DNA of 64,000 bases, taken from the NCBI GenBank assembly GCA_050950825.1, contig JBMNIH010000003.1, positions 160,001-224,000 of the forward strand, written 5' to 3'. Of this stretch, positions 9,169 to 19,640 are shown one piece after another. How positions within the stretch are numbered: position 1 is the first letter of the stretch; every line of letters begins with the position of its first letter. The stretch comes from Clostridia bacterium. GTDB taxonomy: Bacteria; Bacillota; Clostridia; JAAYHZ01. The translations under genes were made by a program, and so were the position numbers. A model generated the notes under the pieces. That model worked only from the letters and a program-made list of their open reading frames with translations, was not told where the DNA came from and did no database searches.

Positions 9169-10760
9169 GACATCATCTTTCCTTTTCTGCTGTCCATGGA
9201 TTGGCGCCTGCTCGCAATTCCGGATACCAACTTGGATCTCGTATTCATAAACCACCAAGGAGTTCGGATAACGGTATCTTTGATTTCATCCGGCTTAACG
9301 GAGCCTAAGCCCATCATAAAGGGTACTCCCAAGGAGCGAAGACTGAAAAGATGCAAAAACAGAACGAAGGTCCCGTAGCACAGGCCGTATATCCCCATGA
9401 CGGCCGTCAACATTAACAAAAGCGTTCGGATGATAATGTATGCACCTTTTAATTTGGGTGTCATGATCCCGGTGGTACCGGTGATGGCAACGATGATGAC
9501 GATAAGAGAGCTGAAAAATCGGGCGTCTACGGCGGCTTGACCTAAGATCAAAGCTCCTACAATGGTTATGGACTGACCCATTTGGGAGGAAATTCGCGCG
9601 CTGGCCTCTCGAACCAAATCAAAGGCGAACAAAAGCAAAAGCATCTCCACAATGGTGGGAAAGGGAACTCCCTGTCGAGCCGCCGAAATACTCAGCAAAA
9701 GCGGAGTGGGTATCATCTCCTGATGGAAGGTGACCAAGGCCAGATAGACGGAAGGTGCGGCTATGGAAATGGCGGCACTTGTGATCCTCAAAATACGGTT
9801 TAAAGAAGCAAAGTGATATTCGGTATAGTAGTCTTCCGCCGTTTGGAAGCTTTCGATAAACACAAAAGGCATGGTCAGCACCTTGGAGGATCCGTCCACA
9901 AGAATGGCGATACGTCCTTCTAAGATTTTGCTCACCGTTACGTCCGGCCGCTCGGTAGACCCTACCGTGGAAAACACGGACAGAGGCGAATCCACGATGT
10001 TCTCCGCAATGACATTGGCTCCTACCACGGAATCGATGTCGATTTTGTCGATTCGATTTTCCAGCTCGTTCAAAACCCTCTCGTTCACCAAGTTCTCCAA
10101 ATAGCAAAGACAGATGGTTGTACGAGTTCGCGTCCCCACTTCTTTAAACTTAAATTTTAACTCCGGAGATTTTAATCTTCGGCGAATCAAGGTCAAGTTG
10201 ACCGATAAGTTTTCAACAAATCCCTCTCGCGGACCCTCCAATACCTTTTCAAATTCCGGCTCCGTGATCTGCCGCTCTGCATAGTCCGTACTCCTTATCA
10301 CCAGCGCTTTATCTTCGCCGTCAACAAAAAGGACGGTATCGCCTTCGAAAAGGGATTGAAGAACCGAATCCATGTATTCCGTTTCTTTCATATCCATGGA
10401 AGGGATCACTTTGGTTTTCAAGTAATCGATCATCTCGTCCTTTGGAACGTCCCGAAGATCGCTCTGCAGGATAGGGGCAATGAGGTTTTCGTTAATATCC
10501 TTATGATCCGCCATATTGCTAACAAACACGATACATGCATGAAAGGATTCGGTATGTCGGTTTCCGAAACAGCGGTAGATTACGGATTTATCGTATTTAA
10601 AAATATCCTTGAGCCGGTTGATATTCTCCGTAAGCACCGGACTTAAGGGCTTCATGATTCCGTACGGATCTTGGTCCGAAGGAGTTGAAGTATTGATGTT
10701 GTCTTCCGGTTTTTCAACAGGTTCCGTATTCGTTCCATTCGTTTTCTTCCACATACGCAA
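9165..10760 (-). CDS. Spore germinant receptor A subunit (GerAA/GerKA family)
   Basis: GPREGFVE, TERPD, EGRIAILVDGS, TFHQEMIP, GALILGQAAV. Confidence 0.93.
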   Translation of the reverse strand: MRMWKKTNGTNTEPVEKPEDNINTSTPSDQDPYGIMKPLSPVLTENINRLKDIFKYDKSVIYRCFGNRHTESFHACIVFVSNMADHKDINENLIAPILQSDLRDVPKDEMIDYLKTKVIPSMDMKETEYMDSVLQSLFEGDTVLFVDGEDKALVIRSTDYAERQITEPEFEKVLEGPREGFVENLSVNLTLIRRRLKSPELKFKFKEVGTRTRTTICLCYLENLVNERVLNELENRIDKIDIDSVVGANVIAENIVDSPLSVFSTVGSTERPDVTVSKILEGRIAILVDGSSKVLTMPFVFIESFQTAEDYYTEYHFASLNRILRITSAAISIAAPSVYLALVTFHQEMIPTPLLLSISAARQGVPFPTIVEMLLLLFAFDLVREASARISSQMGQSITIVGALILGQAAVDARFFSSLIVIIVAITGTTGIMTPKLKGAYIIIRTLLLMLTAVMGIYGLCYGTFVLFLHLFSLRSLGVPFMMGLGSVKPDEIKDTVIRTPWWFMNTRSKLVSGIASRRQSMDSRKGKMMS

Positions 10761-10782
10761 CTCGTCCCTTCTTTCTTTAGGT

Positions 10783-10812
10783 TATTGTATCCAAGGAAGA
10801 AAACAATTATCC
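10783..10812 (-). promoter_or_regulatory. Putative forespore (sigma-F/G) promoter of the ger operon
   Basis: GGATA-N15-GGATACAATA resembles the sigma-F consensus GYATA-N15-GGnnAnAHTA. Confidence 0.5.
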
Positions 10813-10886
10813 AAAATCAAAAAAAGACACGGTCTTTCATTATAAAGACCGTGCCCTTATTCTTAAACCTTGTTATTCCTTTTATG

Positions 10887-11747
10887 TTACAGCTTCGCCA
10901 TCTTTTCCTTCAGGAAATCCACCGCCAATTGGATGTCGGCGGCAGGGTTCTTTCCTACTTCCCTTTCAATGGTCAAATATCCTTTGAAGCCGATGTCCTG
11001 CAAAGCCTTCAAGTAGTTGTCAAAGTCCACTTGCCCTTGTCCTAAGGGTACTTCCTTGAAATAGTCCTCCAACCTTAAATCCCCGATACCGCCGTCGGCA
11101 AAAAAGCCGTAAACAATGGCCGGATCGGTTTTCTTCAAGAGAATACCGTCTTTGGCATGGGTATGAACAATGTAGTCCTTCAAGGTATAGACCGCTTGAA
11201 CCGGATCATCGTCGGTTACCATAACCAAGTTCGCCGGGTCCAAGTTCACCGCAACGCCCTTGGAGTCCAAACCGTCTAAAAATTTCTTCAGGCGAGCCGC
11301 CGGTTCCGGACCGGTTTCGATGGCGAAGAAAGCGCCGTTGCTATGGGCGTATTCCGCCAATTCGTTGCAGGCCTCCTGCATAATTTTGTACTTGTCGCAT
11401 TCCGTATCCTCGGGAACAACCCCGATGTGGGTGGTTACGACCCGGGACCCTAATTCCAACGCCAAGTCCACTATGCGTTTGGATTTTTCCACCTTCCATA
11501 CGTTGTCTTCCGCTCTTTCAAACCCGTGTCCTCCTAAGTCTCCGCAGAGGGCGGAAACCTCCAAACCGTTGTCGCGGATAACGGCTCTTTTTTCGGCGAT
11601 AAGAGCCGGGGTCATGTTTTCCGGAGCCATTTCGCCTTCGACGGCATACAATTGCACGCCGTCCGCTCCCATCTTTTTGCACACTTCCATACTTTCTTTA
11701 AAAGGAAGTCGAAGCCAGTCGGCAATAATCCCGATTTTGAATTTCAT
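10887..11747 (-). CDS. Sugar phosphate isomerase/epimerase family TIM-barrel protein
   Basis: Metal ligands IETGPE, NLDPAN, HTHAKD, TIERE. Confidence 0.9.
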   Translation of the reverse strand: MKFKIGIIADWLRLPFKESMEVCKKMGADGVQLYAVEGEMAPENMTPALIAEKRAVIRDNGLEVSALCGDLGGHGFERAEDNVWKVEKSKRIVDLALELGSRVVTTHIGVVPEDTECDKYKIMQEACNELAEYAHSNGAFFAIETGPEPAARLKKFLDGLDSKGVAVNLDPANLVMVTDDDPVQAVYTLKDYIVHTHAKDGILLKKTDPAIVYGFFADGGIGDLRLEDYFKEVPLGQGQVDFDNYLKALQDIGFKGYLTIEREVGKNPAADIQLAVDFLKEKMAKL

Positions 11748-11787
11748 TCCATCTACCTCCTCGTATTCCTATAGATCTTCCCCGGTA

Positions 11788-12621
11788 TTAAAGGTACACC
11801 CATTCTCCGGGAGTTTCAAGAGCCAAAAGCCCCTTTTCCCGTATTGCCATGATTTCAACGGTTTCTTCGTGAGGTACCGGAACGATTCCCGTTCGATAGA
11901 AGGAAACCAGCTCCTTGATGAAAGCCTTGAAGAAGTCCGACTGCACGTTTACGACCTTGTTTCCCTTCACGCTGCAAATATTCATCATAAAGGGTGCTCC
12001 CGCTTCCATTTGGGACAAGGTCGCCACTCTTCCGTCTTCGAATTCCACGGTCATGTTCAGCCATTTTTGGCCTTTGTTGCAAAGGACTCTTTTTGCTTTT
12101 CCCTTCATCAGCATCACAATGGGTTCCAATTGGTGGACGGAATAGGTGTCAAAATTACCGGGTCCCCAGCTGTTTATCATAAGTATTCCGTCGCAGTCGA
12201 TGGCCTTGTATTCTTCCGCAAAGCGTAGCGCCGAGGTGGAATAGCAGGGAGTGCCGTGCTTTTCCGCCAATTCCATTATGCGGACGGCTGTCGCTTTGTC
12301 CGGCGCAAAGGTCTTGTCCACATAAACGGGCTTTCCGGAGCGCAGCGGCATTTGGCAAAGCTCCTCGTGCATTTCGCAGTTGTCCGGAGACAGAACCGTC
12401 AGTACGTCGCTTTTTTCAATGACTTCTTCTATGGTTTCGCACTTTTCAATACCGTACTTTTCACACCATTGCTCCGTGGTCATCCCGCTGATAGGGCTTT
12501 TAATCATCCCGTACGCGTAGGCTACAACCATTTCCCCTCCGGAGGCTTCCCTGATCCAAGCAGGGTAGTTGTTGGCATGCCATTCGTCCAAGTAATAATC
12601 AATAAATCCGATTTTAATCAT
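11788..12621 (-). CDS. Atypical Gfo/Idh/MocA-like oxidoreductase
   Basis: KPVYVDKTFA, STSALRFA, YSVHQLE; no canonical GxGxxG. Confidence 0.7.
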   Translation of the reverse strand: MIKIGFIDYYLDEWHANNYPAWIREASGGEMVVAYAYGMIKSPISGMTTEQWCEKYGIEKCETIEEVIEKSDVLTVLSPDNCEMHEELCQMPLRSGKPVYVDKTFAPDKATAVRIMELAEKHGTPCYSTSALRFAEEYKAIDCDGILMINSWGPGNFDTYSVHQLEPIVMLMKGKAKRVLCNKGQKWLNMTVEFEDGRVATLSQMEAGAPFMMNICSVKGNKVVNVQSDFFKAFIKELVSFYRTGIVPVPHEETVEIMAIREKGLLALETPGEWVYL

Positions 12622-12627
12622 AATTCA

Positions 12628-13686
12628 TCATCCTAAAACAATTTCACGATGTTGGTCGGAGGAATCGTAGATTGCCTGCATGATCTTTGCCGTAATGATG
12701 ACGGTATCGATGTGGGAAGCCAATTTCTTTCCGGTCTTGATACAATCCACGAAAGCATTGATTTCGTTTTCAAAATGATTGGTCATGTTAAACTGGGGTT
12801 TGTATGAAACCAATGCCCCGTTTTCCACGGTATAGAGGGTAAACCCTGCGCCGTAGTCCAAACGGATACCGGCCTTGTCCCCCATAAAGTCGATATACAT
12901 TTCTCTTTCTCCGATGTTTTGAGCCCAAGCGCCGTTGAAGGTAATAACCGGGCCTTCGGTACGAATCATACCGGTAATGGAATCGTCTACATCATAAATC
13001 CCGTCATATTTCGGAGGACCTGCCCACATGCTTGTGTAGACGTATTCCTTCATGTTTTTGCCTAACTTGCAGAAGGCTTCTCCCGTAACCGTAATCGGTT
13101 TCGGATCTCCGCAGCAGTACATAACAATGTCCAGGAAATGAACGCCCCAATCGATCAAGGCACCGCCGCCGGCGATTTCTTTCGTAGTAAAAGCACCGCC
13201 TAAGCCCGGGATGGAGCGGTGTGAACGAAAGCTGACGTATACGTGGAATACTTCTCCCAATTTACCGCTGTCAATGTATTCCTTGATTCGGTTGACACTG
13301 TCGTTGAAACGATTGACAACACCGATGTTCAAGATTTTCCCGGTTTCTTGGGCCGCCTTTTGCATTTCCAAAGCTTCCGCATAGGTTCTGGCCGCCGGTT
13401 TTTCGCACAATACGTGTTTTCCGGCTCTCAAGCAGTCGATGGAGATATAGGCATGTTCTTTGTTCGGTGTACAAACGGAAACCGCCGTCACTTCCGGATC
13501 CTTTAGGATTTCCTTGTAATCCGTTACCGCGATCCCGCAGCCGTATTTTTCTACGGCAGCCTTGGCTCTTTCGGGAATGATGTCGCAAAAATACTTGATT
13601 TCCACTTCCTTGTTCTTCATGTAAGCGGGAATATGAGCCGAATTGGCAATCGTCCCGCATCCGATAATGGCAACTTTCATTGTCAT
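12628..13686 (-). CDS. Gfo/Idh/MocA family NAD(P)-dependent oxidoreductase
   Basis: IIGCGTIA, HVLCEKP, GGGALIDWGVH; ATG at 13686 follows a GGAGG RBS. Confidence 0.93.
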   Translation of the reverse strand: MTMKVAIIGCGTIANSAHIPAYMKNKEVEIKYFCDIIPERAKAAVEKYGCGIAVTDYKEILKDPEVTAVSVCTPNKEHAYISIDCLRAGKHVLCEKPAARTYAEALEMQKAAQETGKILNIGVVNRFNDSVNRIKEYIDSGKLGEVFHVYVSFRSHRSIPGLGGAFTTKEIAGGGALIDWGVHFLDIVMYCCGDPKPITVTGEAFCKLGKNMKEYVYTSMWAGPPKYDGIYDVDDSITGMIRTEGPVITFNGAWAQNIGEREMYIDFMGDKAGIRLDYGAGFTLYTVENGALVSYKPQFNMTNHFENEINAFVDCIKTGKKLASHIDTVIITAKIMQAIYDSSDQHREIVLG

Positions 13687-13730
13687 AGACAAATCTCCCT
13701 CCATTGTATATTGATAAAACCCGTATCAGG

Positions 13731-14633
13731 TTATGCATCCTTTTCCATGTTCTCTTCCGCCCACTTGCGAAAATCCGTCGGGGTCATGCCGACAAAGCCG
13801 TGAAAGGCTCTGCTGAAAGCATGAATGGACTTGTACCCGATCATTTCCGCCGTGGCCGTGATGCTGTGTCCCTTTAGGATATATTCCTTGGCTTTCTCAA
13901 ACCGCCTTTTGAAATAGTAGGAGCGTAAATGCTCTCCCGTCACCGTATAAAACTTTTGGGCGATATGGGTGTAGCTGTATCCGAATATGCGGCTTAGTTG
14001 CGCCAAATTTTGAATGTTTTCCGCTTGGGTATCGATATAGTGGACGATGTCGTATACCCGGTTTTGATCCGTATCTCTTTCGTTGACCTTGTATGTGCGG
14101 TACTTTTTTTGGCTGAAGGCTCGGTAGGTTTTGACGAGGATTTGGGTAAGGTACGCTTCCAACATAACTTCCGTAAAAGTATCCAATGTCAAAAGCTCCG
14201 TAAACATTTTCATAAACAAATCTTGAATGCCGGTTCCGTCATAGGCCATACGATTTTTCGGATCGTCAAACAAAGCCTTTTGCTTTGACAAGGTTTCGTT
14301 TAAAGAAGCCTTGGAATCAAAGACAAATCCCAAATAAAAATAGCGTAAAGGTTCGTTTTCCGAAGACCGTATTTCATGATCTTCTCCGATTCGATTAAGA
14401 TAAAGCATTCCCTTTGAAACTTCCGTTTCCGTTCCGTTGGTTATGAACACTCCGGAGCCCGAGACGATGTAGCTGATCTCATGTACAAGCTGACGATGAT
14501 TCGGTACACGGTAGCCGGGTTCGCAGTACAAATCCCCGATTTGGTAGATGATGTACGGTCCCACCTTCCGGTTCATCTCTTCGTAAACATTGTCAAAATG
14601 AAATTTTGCTCTGCCGCCGGTCTTCATTTCCAA
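13731..14633 (-). CDS. AraC family transcriptional regulator
   Basis: N-terminal cupin HRQLVHEISY; C-terminal HTH GYKSIHAFSRAF...GMTPTDFR. Confidence 0.92.
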   Translation of the reverse strand: MEMKTGGRAKFHFDNVYEEMNRKVGPYIIYQIGDLYCEPGYRVPNHRQLVHEISYIVSGSGVFITNGTETEVSKGMLYLNRIGEDHEIRSSENEPLRYFYLGFVFDSKASLNETLSKQKALFDDPKNRMAYDGTGIQDLFMKMFTELLTLDTFTEVMLEAYLTQILVKTYRAFSQKKYRTYKVNERDTDQNRVYDIVHYIDTQAENIQNLAQLSRIFGYSYTHIAQKFYTVTGEHLRSYYFKRRFEKAKEYILKGHSITATAEMIGYKSIHAFSRAFHGFVGMTPTDFRKWAEENMEKDA

Positions 14634-14854
14634 CTATCCTTTACCTTCCTTCACTACTCTTAGTATACATGAACGAAGAAAAAAATATTTGATATATTTA
14701 TGAATCTATTTAACATTTTTAAAAGATTTGATATTAGTATAACGAAAAAGCTGCAAAAGACCGCGAGGGAATATGACGGTGTCACGAAACACTAGGAAAT
14801 ATCTTTGGCAACCGGTATAATTTTTTTAACATTTATATATAAAGGTGTACAAAA

Positions 14855-15667
14855 ATGAATCGAAAAGACGAAAAGATCTATTGGCAATTTCATCAAAGCA
14901 CCAACGAGGAAATGCCCCAAAACACCATGGAAGCCTTTGAATACGCCTGGTCGTTAGGGGGAATTCCGGAATTGGATATACGGACCACAAAAGACGGCGT
15001 CATCATCGCTTTTCATGACGATACGCCCAAAAGAATCGCGGTAACCGCCCCGGAATATGAAAACAGGAGCATAAGGGAGTGTACCTTGGAAGAAGTCAAA
15101 GCCTTTGATATGGGAGCCAAGCTTCATGAAAGGTTTCAAGGATTTAAGGTGCCTACATTGGAAGAAACCTTTAAAGCCATGAAGGGCCAACCGGATCGTT
15201 TGGTTTATCTGGATTTAAAAGACGTGGATCTTTCGGAGTTAGCCAAAATGATAAAAGACTATTCCATGAGCGCTCAAGTCATATTCACCCACAACAACCG
15301 CGAAAACTGCATGACGATGAAGCGGTACGTAAAGGACATGCGGACCATGCTCTGGATCGGCGGAAAAGCCCCGGCCATCATGGAAAAATTCAACCGTGCA
15401 AAAGAAGCGGAATTTGAAGGCTTAAACCAAGTGCAGCTCCACCTGAACGACCCGGAAAGCTTTACCGATTGGCGCTACCAATTGGATCCTTCCTTTGTGG
15501 AATACGCTTTGGAAGAAACGTCGAAAAGAGGCTTGGACTTGGAGGTTCTTCCCTACAAGTTCGACAAAAAGAATCTATTCCGGCTTTTGGACATGGGCAT
15601 CCGTTGGTTTGCCGTGGACGAGCCGAAGCGGTTTATCGCTTGCGTCGAAGAATGGCGGAAAATTTGA
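14855..15667 (+). CDS. Glycerophosphodiester phosphodiesterase family protein
   Basis: PQNTMEAF, ELDIRTTKDG, FHDDT, VPTLEE. Confidence 0.85.
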   Translation: MNRKDEKIYWQFHQSTNEEMPQNTMEAFEYAWSLGGIPELDIRTTKDGVIIAFHDDTPKRIAVTAPEYENRSIRECTLEEVKAFDMGAKLHERFQGFKVPTLEETFKAMKGQPDRLVYLDLKDVDLSELAKMIKDYSMSAQVIFTHNNRENCMTMKRYVKDMRTMLWIGGKAPAIMEKFNRAKEAEFEGLNQVQLHLNDPESFTDWRYQLDPSFVEYALEETSKRGLDLEVLPYKFDKKNLFRLLDMGIRWFAVDEPKRFIACVEEWRKI

Positions 15668-15675
15668 CGGTTAAA

Positions 15676-15703
15676 ACAAAGCCGGCATCGAAGCCGGCTT
15701 TGT
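15676..15703. terminator. Terminator hairpin between convergent genes
   Basis: ACAAAGCCGGC-N6-GCCGGCTTTGT. Confidence 0.75.
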
Positions 15704-15758
15704 TCTCATACCAATTATAATTTTGCCGGTATCGCCGGCACAAGATCGTGTCACGCCT

Positions 15759-17735
15759 TTAGCCTTTGACGATTTTGTAGTAGGTCTTTGCGGTAAGGGT
15801 GTATACGGCAACGTAGAAGACGGAAAAGATCAGTATGGTGGAAAGAGTACACAGAGCGAATAACGGCACGTTGGTAAGATTGAATATCTCCAAAAGCTTG
15901 GTAATGACCTTAAAAGCAAAGGCGATATGGATAACGGCCGCCAAAAGAGGCAGGAAGAACACCTTGATTACTTGGCTGTTGATGGATTTTCTAACCTCCT
16001 CACGACTCATCCCCACCTTTTGCATGATTTCATACCGTTCTTTGTCATCGTAGCCTTCCGCGATTTGCTTGTAGTAAATGATGAGGACCGTGGCCATGAT
16101 AAACAAAAGCCCTAAAAAGATCCCTAAGTAAAACAAGCCGCCGTAGAGGGTATAGAAGCTTTCGCGGGACAAGTCCGCCCCGTCTGCATAGTAGGATATG
16201 CCTAACTCCTTCAGCCCTTTTCGTATTTCCGTTGCCAATTGGATTTGGGTTTGTTTGTCCGCATTCACGTCAAAGCCGTAAAAGTAGGCTAAATCTTTAC
16301 CCTTGGTATTATCGGGGTCCGACACACGAATAATTTTTTGCAAATCATCCTTCCGTGCCACCAAATAGAAGCTGTTGATCATCATGGCACTCGTGTTTCC
16401 GTCTCCTTCAAAGGCCGGAACCCGTTCTTTAATACGAAGCTGCAAATCTTCTATTGTCATAGAGTCTCCCGGCAAACGGCCTCGGTATTCGTAAAGCAAA
16501 ACCTCGTTTTCTTCCAAGGTCTTGTTCGCATTGTACATTTTATTGTACCCGTCTATGTCCATGAAAAAGAGTGCGGCGCTGTCCTTAAACCTTAAAGAAT
16601 CTCCTTGGAGTTGAAAACGGGAATCCTCTTGGAAGGCGACAACCGTCAAATATCGGTAATTTAAAACGTTTCTTCTTTCGATTCCCAAAGAATCCGTCGT
16701 ATCCTCAATGATTTTGTTCATCTTTTCGACGTTCTCATCGGATATAAAGGAGGAGCCTACGGTAATATCTCTCGGATAGCGTGTCCGCAATACATCTTCC
16801 ACACCGATGTATAGCGAAACGGTGGAGGACAGCATGACGATAACCGCCGTGGACAAAATGCATATGTTGGCAAGGCCTGCGGCATTTCGCTTCATTCGGT
16901 AGATCATGCTTGATACGGAGATGAAGTTTTTCGGCTTGTAGTAATAGTTCTTGTTTTTCCTCAACAATTTAAGAACCGCAATGCTTCCCGACGTAAAAAG
17001 GCAGTAGGTTCCGATCATCACCAAAATAACGGCGATAAAGAAAAGAGTCAATGCCTGCAGGGGCGATTCCGTAAAAAGAGCGATATAGTAGCCGGCGGAA
17101 AGAGAAAGAAGACCGACGATTCCTTGAAAAAGTTTGGTTTTCGGTTCTTTTTCCCCTACGTTCCCGCCCTTTAAAAGCTCCACGGGCTTCGACAGCCGTA
17201 CGGTTAAAGAGTTGTAGATAAAATTGATCGCAAAGATGGCACCGAAAAGAACCGGGGTGATAACGACGGCGAGGGTAGGAACTTCAAAGCCGAAGGTAAC
17301 CCGGATGGCAATGATTTTAAAAAGCAAAAGGATCATGGCCTTGCTCAAAAGAATGCCTCCGGCCAGCCCCGCCGAAAGGCTTATAGCCCCCGTAAGGACC
17401 GTTTCCCAAAACATGATCTTGGCGATATGCTTTTTTTCCATGCCTAAGATATTGAAAAGTCCGAACTCTTTTTTTCGCTTCTTCACCAAAAAACTGTTGG
17501 TGTAGAACAAGAAGATTGCGGAAAAAATGCCAATGACAACCGTTCCGAAAGTGAGAATCATCTTAAGCGAACCGTCATCACTTATCAAGCCCAAGGTTTT
17601 TGCCGATGCCAAAAAGCACATGTTGTAAAACATGATGATGGTGCCGATGCAGGTTATAATATAGGGGACGTAGGCCTTGGAGTTTTTCTTCAAGTTGTTT
17701 ACGGCAAGCTTTAAATAAAAGAACGTTTTACTCAT
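15759..17735 (-). CDS. BceB-type antimicrobial peptide resistance ABC permease
   Basis: FtsX-like YTNSFLVKKRKKEFGLFNILGM, large extracellular loop, IYYKQIAEG; ATG at 17735. Confidence 0.9.
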   Translation of the reverse strand: MSKTFFYLKLAVNNLKKNSKAYVPYIITCIGTIIMFYNMCFLASAKTLGLISDDGSLKMILTFGTVVIGIFSAIFLFYTNSFLVKKRKKEFGLFNILGMEKKHIAKIMFWETVLTGAISLSAGLAGGILLSKAMILLLFKIIAIRVTFGFEVPTLAVVITPVLFGAIFAINFIYNSLTVRLSKPVELLKGGNVGEKEPKTKLFQGIVGLLSLSAGYYIALFTESPLQALTLFFIAVILVMIGTYCLFTSGSIAVLKLLRKNKNYYYKPKNFISVSSMIYRMKRNAAGLANICILSTAVIVMLSSTVSLYIGVEDVLRTRYPRDITVGSSFISDENVEKMNKIIEDTTDSLGIERRNVLNYRYLTVVAFQEDSRFQLQGDSLRFKDSAALFFMDIDGYNKMYNANKTLEENEVLLYEYRGRLPGDSMTIEDLQLRIKERVPAFEGDGNTSAMMINSFYLVARKDDLQKIIRVSDPDNTKGKDLAYFYGFDVNADKQTQIQLATEIRKGLKELGISYYADGADLSRESFYTLYGGLFYLGIFLGLLFIMATVLIIYYKQIAEGYDDKERYEIMQKVGMSREEVRKSINSQVIKVFFLPLLAAVIHIAFAFKVITKLLEIFNLTNVPLFALCTLSTILIFSVFYVAVYTLTAKTYYKIVKG

Positions 17736-18495
17736 TTCGAACACCGCCCGTAGCAATTAAAGTCAACGTATCCGAGATCTTTTGGTACATCTCTTCGTTG
17801 GTACAGTCCCCTTTGTAGATCCGGTGAAACACTTCCCCGTCCTTGATGAATAAAACTTTTTTTGCGTGGCTTGCCGCCTTGACGCTGTGGGTCACCATCA
17901 AAATGGTCTGCCCGTCGTTGTTGATTTCATTAAAAAGCTTTAAAAGCTCGTCGGATGAACGGGAATCCAAAGAACCGGTAGGTTCGTCCGCTAAAATCAG
18001 CTTCGGGTGTGTAATCAAAGCTCGGGCTACGGCGGTCCTTTGCTTTTCCCCGCCCGACACCTCGTAAGGATACTTGGATAAAAGGTCGGTTATCCGGAGC
18101 CGTTTGGCAACGGAGGTAAGCCTTTTGTTCATTTCTTCATAAGGCGTTCCCGCCAAAACCAAAGGCAAGAATATATTGTCTTGTATCGAAAACGTATCCA
18201 ACAGATTAAAGTCTTGAAACACAAAGCCCAGATTCTCTCTTCGGAAAGAGGAGATTTCCTTGTCGCCGATTACGGTGATGTTTTTCCCGTTCAGATAAAC
18301 TTCTCCGCCGGTAGGTTTGTCCAAGGCGGCAATCATATTCAAAAGGGTGGTTTTACCGGAGCCGGATTCCCCCATAATGGCGATCATTTCTCCTTCGTCC
18401 ACGGTAAAAGAAACGTTGTTCAAGGCTTTCACGGCATTTCCGCCGAACCTTGTGGTATACACTTTTTTTAAATTTTTAACTTCTAACAAGTACAT
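17728..18495 (-). CDS. BceA-type ABC ATPase
   Basis: Walker A GESGSGKTT, VSGGEKQR, ADEPTGSLD. Confidence 0.93.
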   Translation of the reverse strand: MYLLEVKNLKKVYTTRFGGNAVKALNNVSFTVDEGEMIAIMGESGSGKTTLLNMIAALDKPTGGEVYLNGKNITVIGDKEISSFRRENLGFVFQDFNLLDTFSIQDNIFLPLVLAGTPYEEMNKRLTSVAKRLRITDLLSKYPYEVSGGEKQRTAVARALITHPKLILADEPTGSLDSRSSDELLKLFNEINNDGQTILMVTHSVKAASHAKKVLFIKDGEVFHRIYKGDCTNEEMYQKISDTLTLIATGGVRNE

Positions 18496-18523
18496 TTCAA
18501 TTGATCCCTCCTATCACGGGACC

Positions 18524-18599
18524 ATTATAGCAAAGGAGTTTTTCGGCTGCCTTAACTTAACCTTACGGTTTTCTTTTCAACCCTTACATTTTCGTAAGG
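18524..18599 (-). promoter_or_regulatory. BceR-like response regulator site and promoter of the ABC operon
   Basis: Inverted repeat CCTTACA-TTTT-CGTAAGG at 18582-18599, second half-site near 18561, extended -10 TGcTATAAT at 18524-18532. Confidence 0.7.
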
Positions 18600-19640
18600 T
18601 TATTCGACCTTTAAATCATAGGAGCCCAAGCCGATTTTCACTTTCGTACCCTTTCCCGGAACCGACTCGATATGAAAGGTATGAGACATTTTTTTGAGTA
18701 TGGTATTGCATAAATACAGACCGATGCCGGTGGCTCTTTTGTCCGCTCTTCCGGTATAGCCGGTGTAGCCTTTTTCCAATATGCGGGGCAGGTCCTCCGG
18801 AGCAATGCCGATACCGGTATCCTCGATCACCAGTGTATCGGGCAATTTTTCGTCCATGTAAATGGAGATTTCTCCTTTTTCGGTGTACTTCAAGGCGTTG
18901 GACAACAGCTGCTCGATCACGAATACCAGCCACTTTTCATCCGTCAGCACATCTTTTTTCAGTTCGCTATAGGAAAGCTTAATTTTCTTACGAATAAAAG
19001 ACTTGGAATATTTTCGCACCGCTTGCTTGATGCAGTCGTCCAAGGAACAACGCCGAATCAACAGGTCGGAGCTCATATCCTCCATCCGAATGTACTGCAA
19101 AACCGGCTCCACGTACTGCTCGATGCGAAACAACTGCTCCGACAACTCGTCGTTTTTTTCCGAGGGTCCCGATTGCAGAATCAACCGCATGGCCGCAATG
19201 GGAGTTTTGATTTGATGAGCCCACACGGTATAGTATTCCTTCATGTCGGAAAGCTTCCGATCTTGTTCTTCAATCATTCGGATTCTCTCTCGGTTTACGG
19301 CTTTGACAAGCTCGATAAAGTCTTCCTCGATAACGTTTTTGGCGGTAGGAAAATCGAGATCCGCATAAGCGAAGCTCTTTTTCAGCCTCAAAAGAAAGTC
19401 GTGTTTTTGATAAACCTTTATAAAATCCGGAACGCTTAAAACAATCAAAATCGTTCCGATTAGCAAAAGGCCGTAGTAAAAGGGCTCCTTCGGCAGATCG
19501 TAGAGATAGAAAATGAAAAAAAGAACAGAGAAGCATAAAAAAGCGATACCGTAGGCTCGTTTGTAATACGAAAAATACATAAGAAGGATGCGAAAAAGGC
19601 TTTTGATACTTTTTTTATCCTTTCCTTTTGTCCTCGTCAT
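18600..19640 (-). CDS. BceS-type intramembrane-sensing histidine kinase
   Basis: Two close TMs, WAHQIKTP, NALKY, DTGIGI, GIGLYL. Confidence 0.93.
   Translation of the reverse strand: MTRTKGKDKKSIKSLFRILLMYFSYYKRAYGIAFLCFSVLFFIFYLYDLPKEPFYYGLLLIGTILIVLSVPDFIKVYQKHDFLLRLKKSFAYADLDFPTAKNVIEEDFIELVKAVNRERIRMIEEQDRKLSDMKEYYTVWAHQIKTPIAAMRLILQSGPSEKNDELSEQLFRIEQYVEPVLQYIRMEDMSSDLLIRRCSLDDCIKQAVRKYSKSFIRKKIKLSYSELKKDVLTDEKWLVFVIEQLLSNALKYTEKGEISIYMDEKLPDTLVIEDTGIGIAPEDLPRILEKGYTGYTGRADKRATGIGLYLCNTILKKMSHTFHIESVPGKGTKVKIGLGSYDLKVE

Noticed and set aside
11260-12228. 322-aa plus-strand ORF
   Set aside because: Antisense to two well-supported genes; Ser-rich shadow translation
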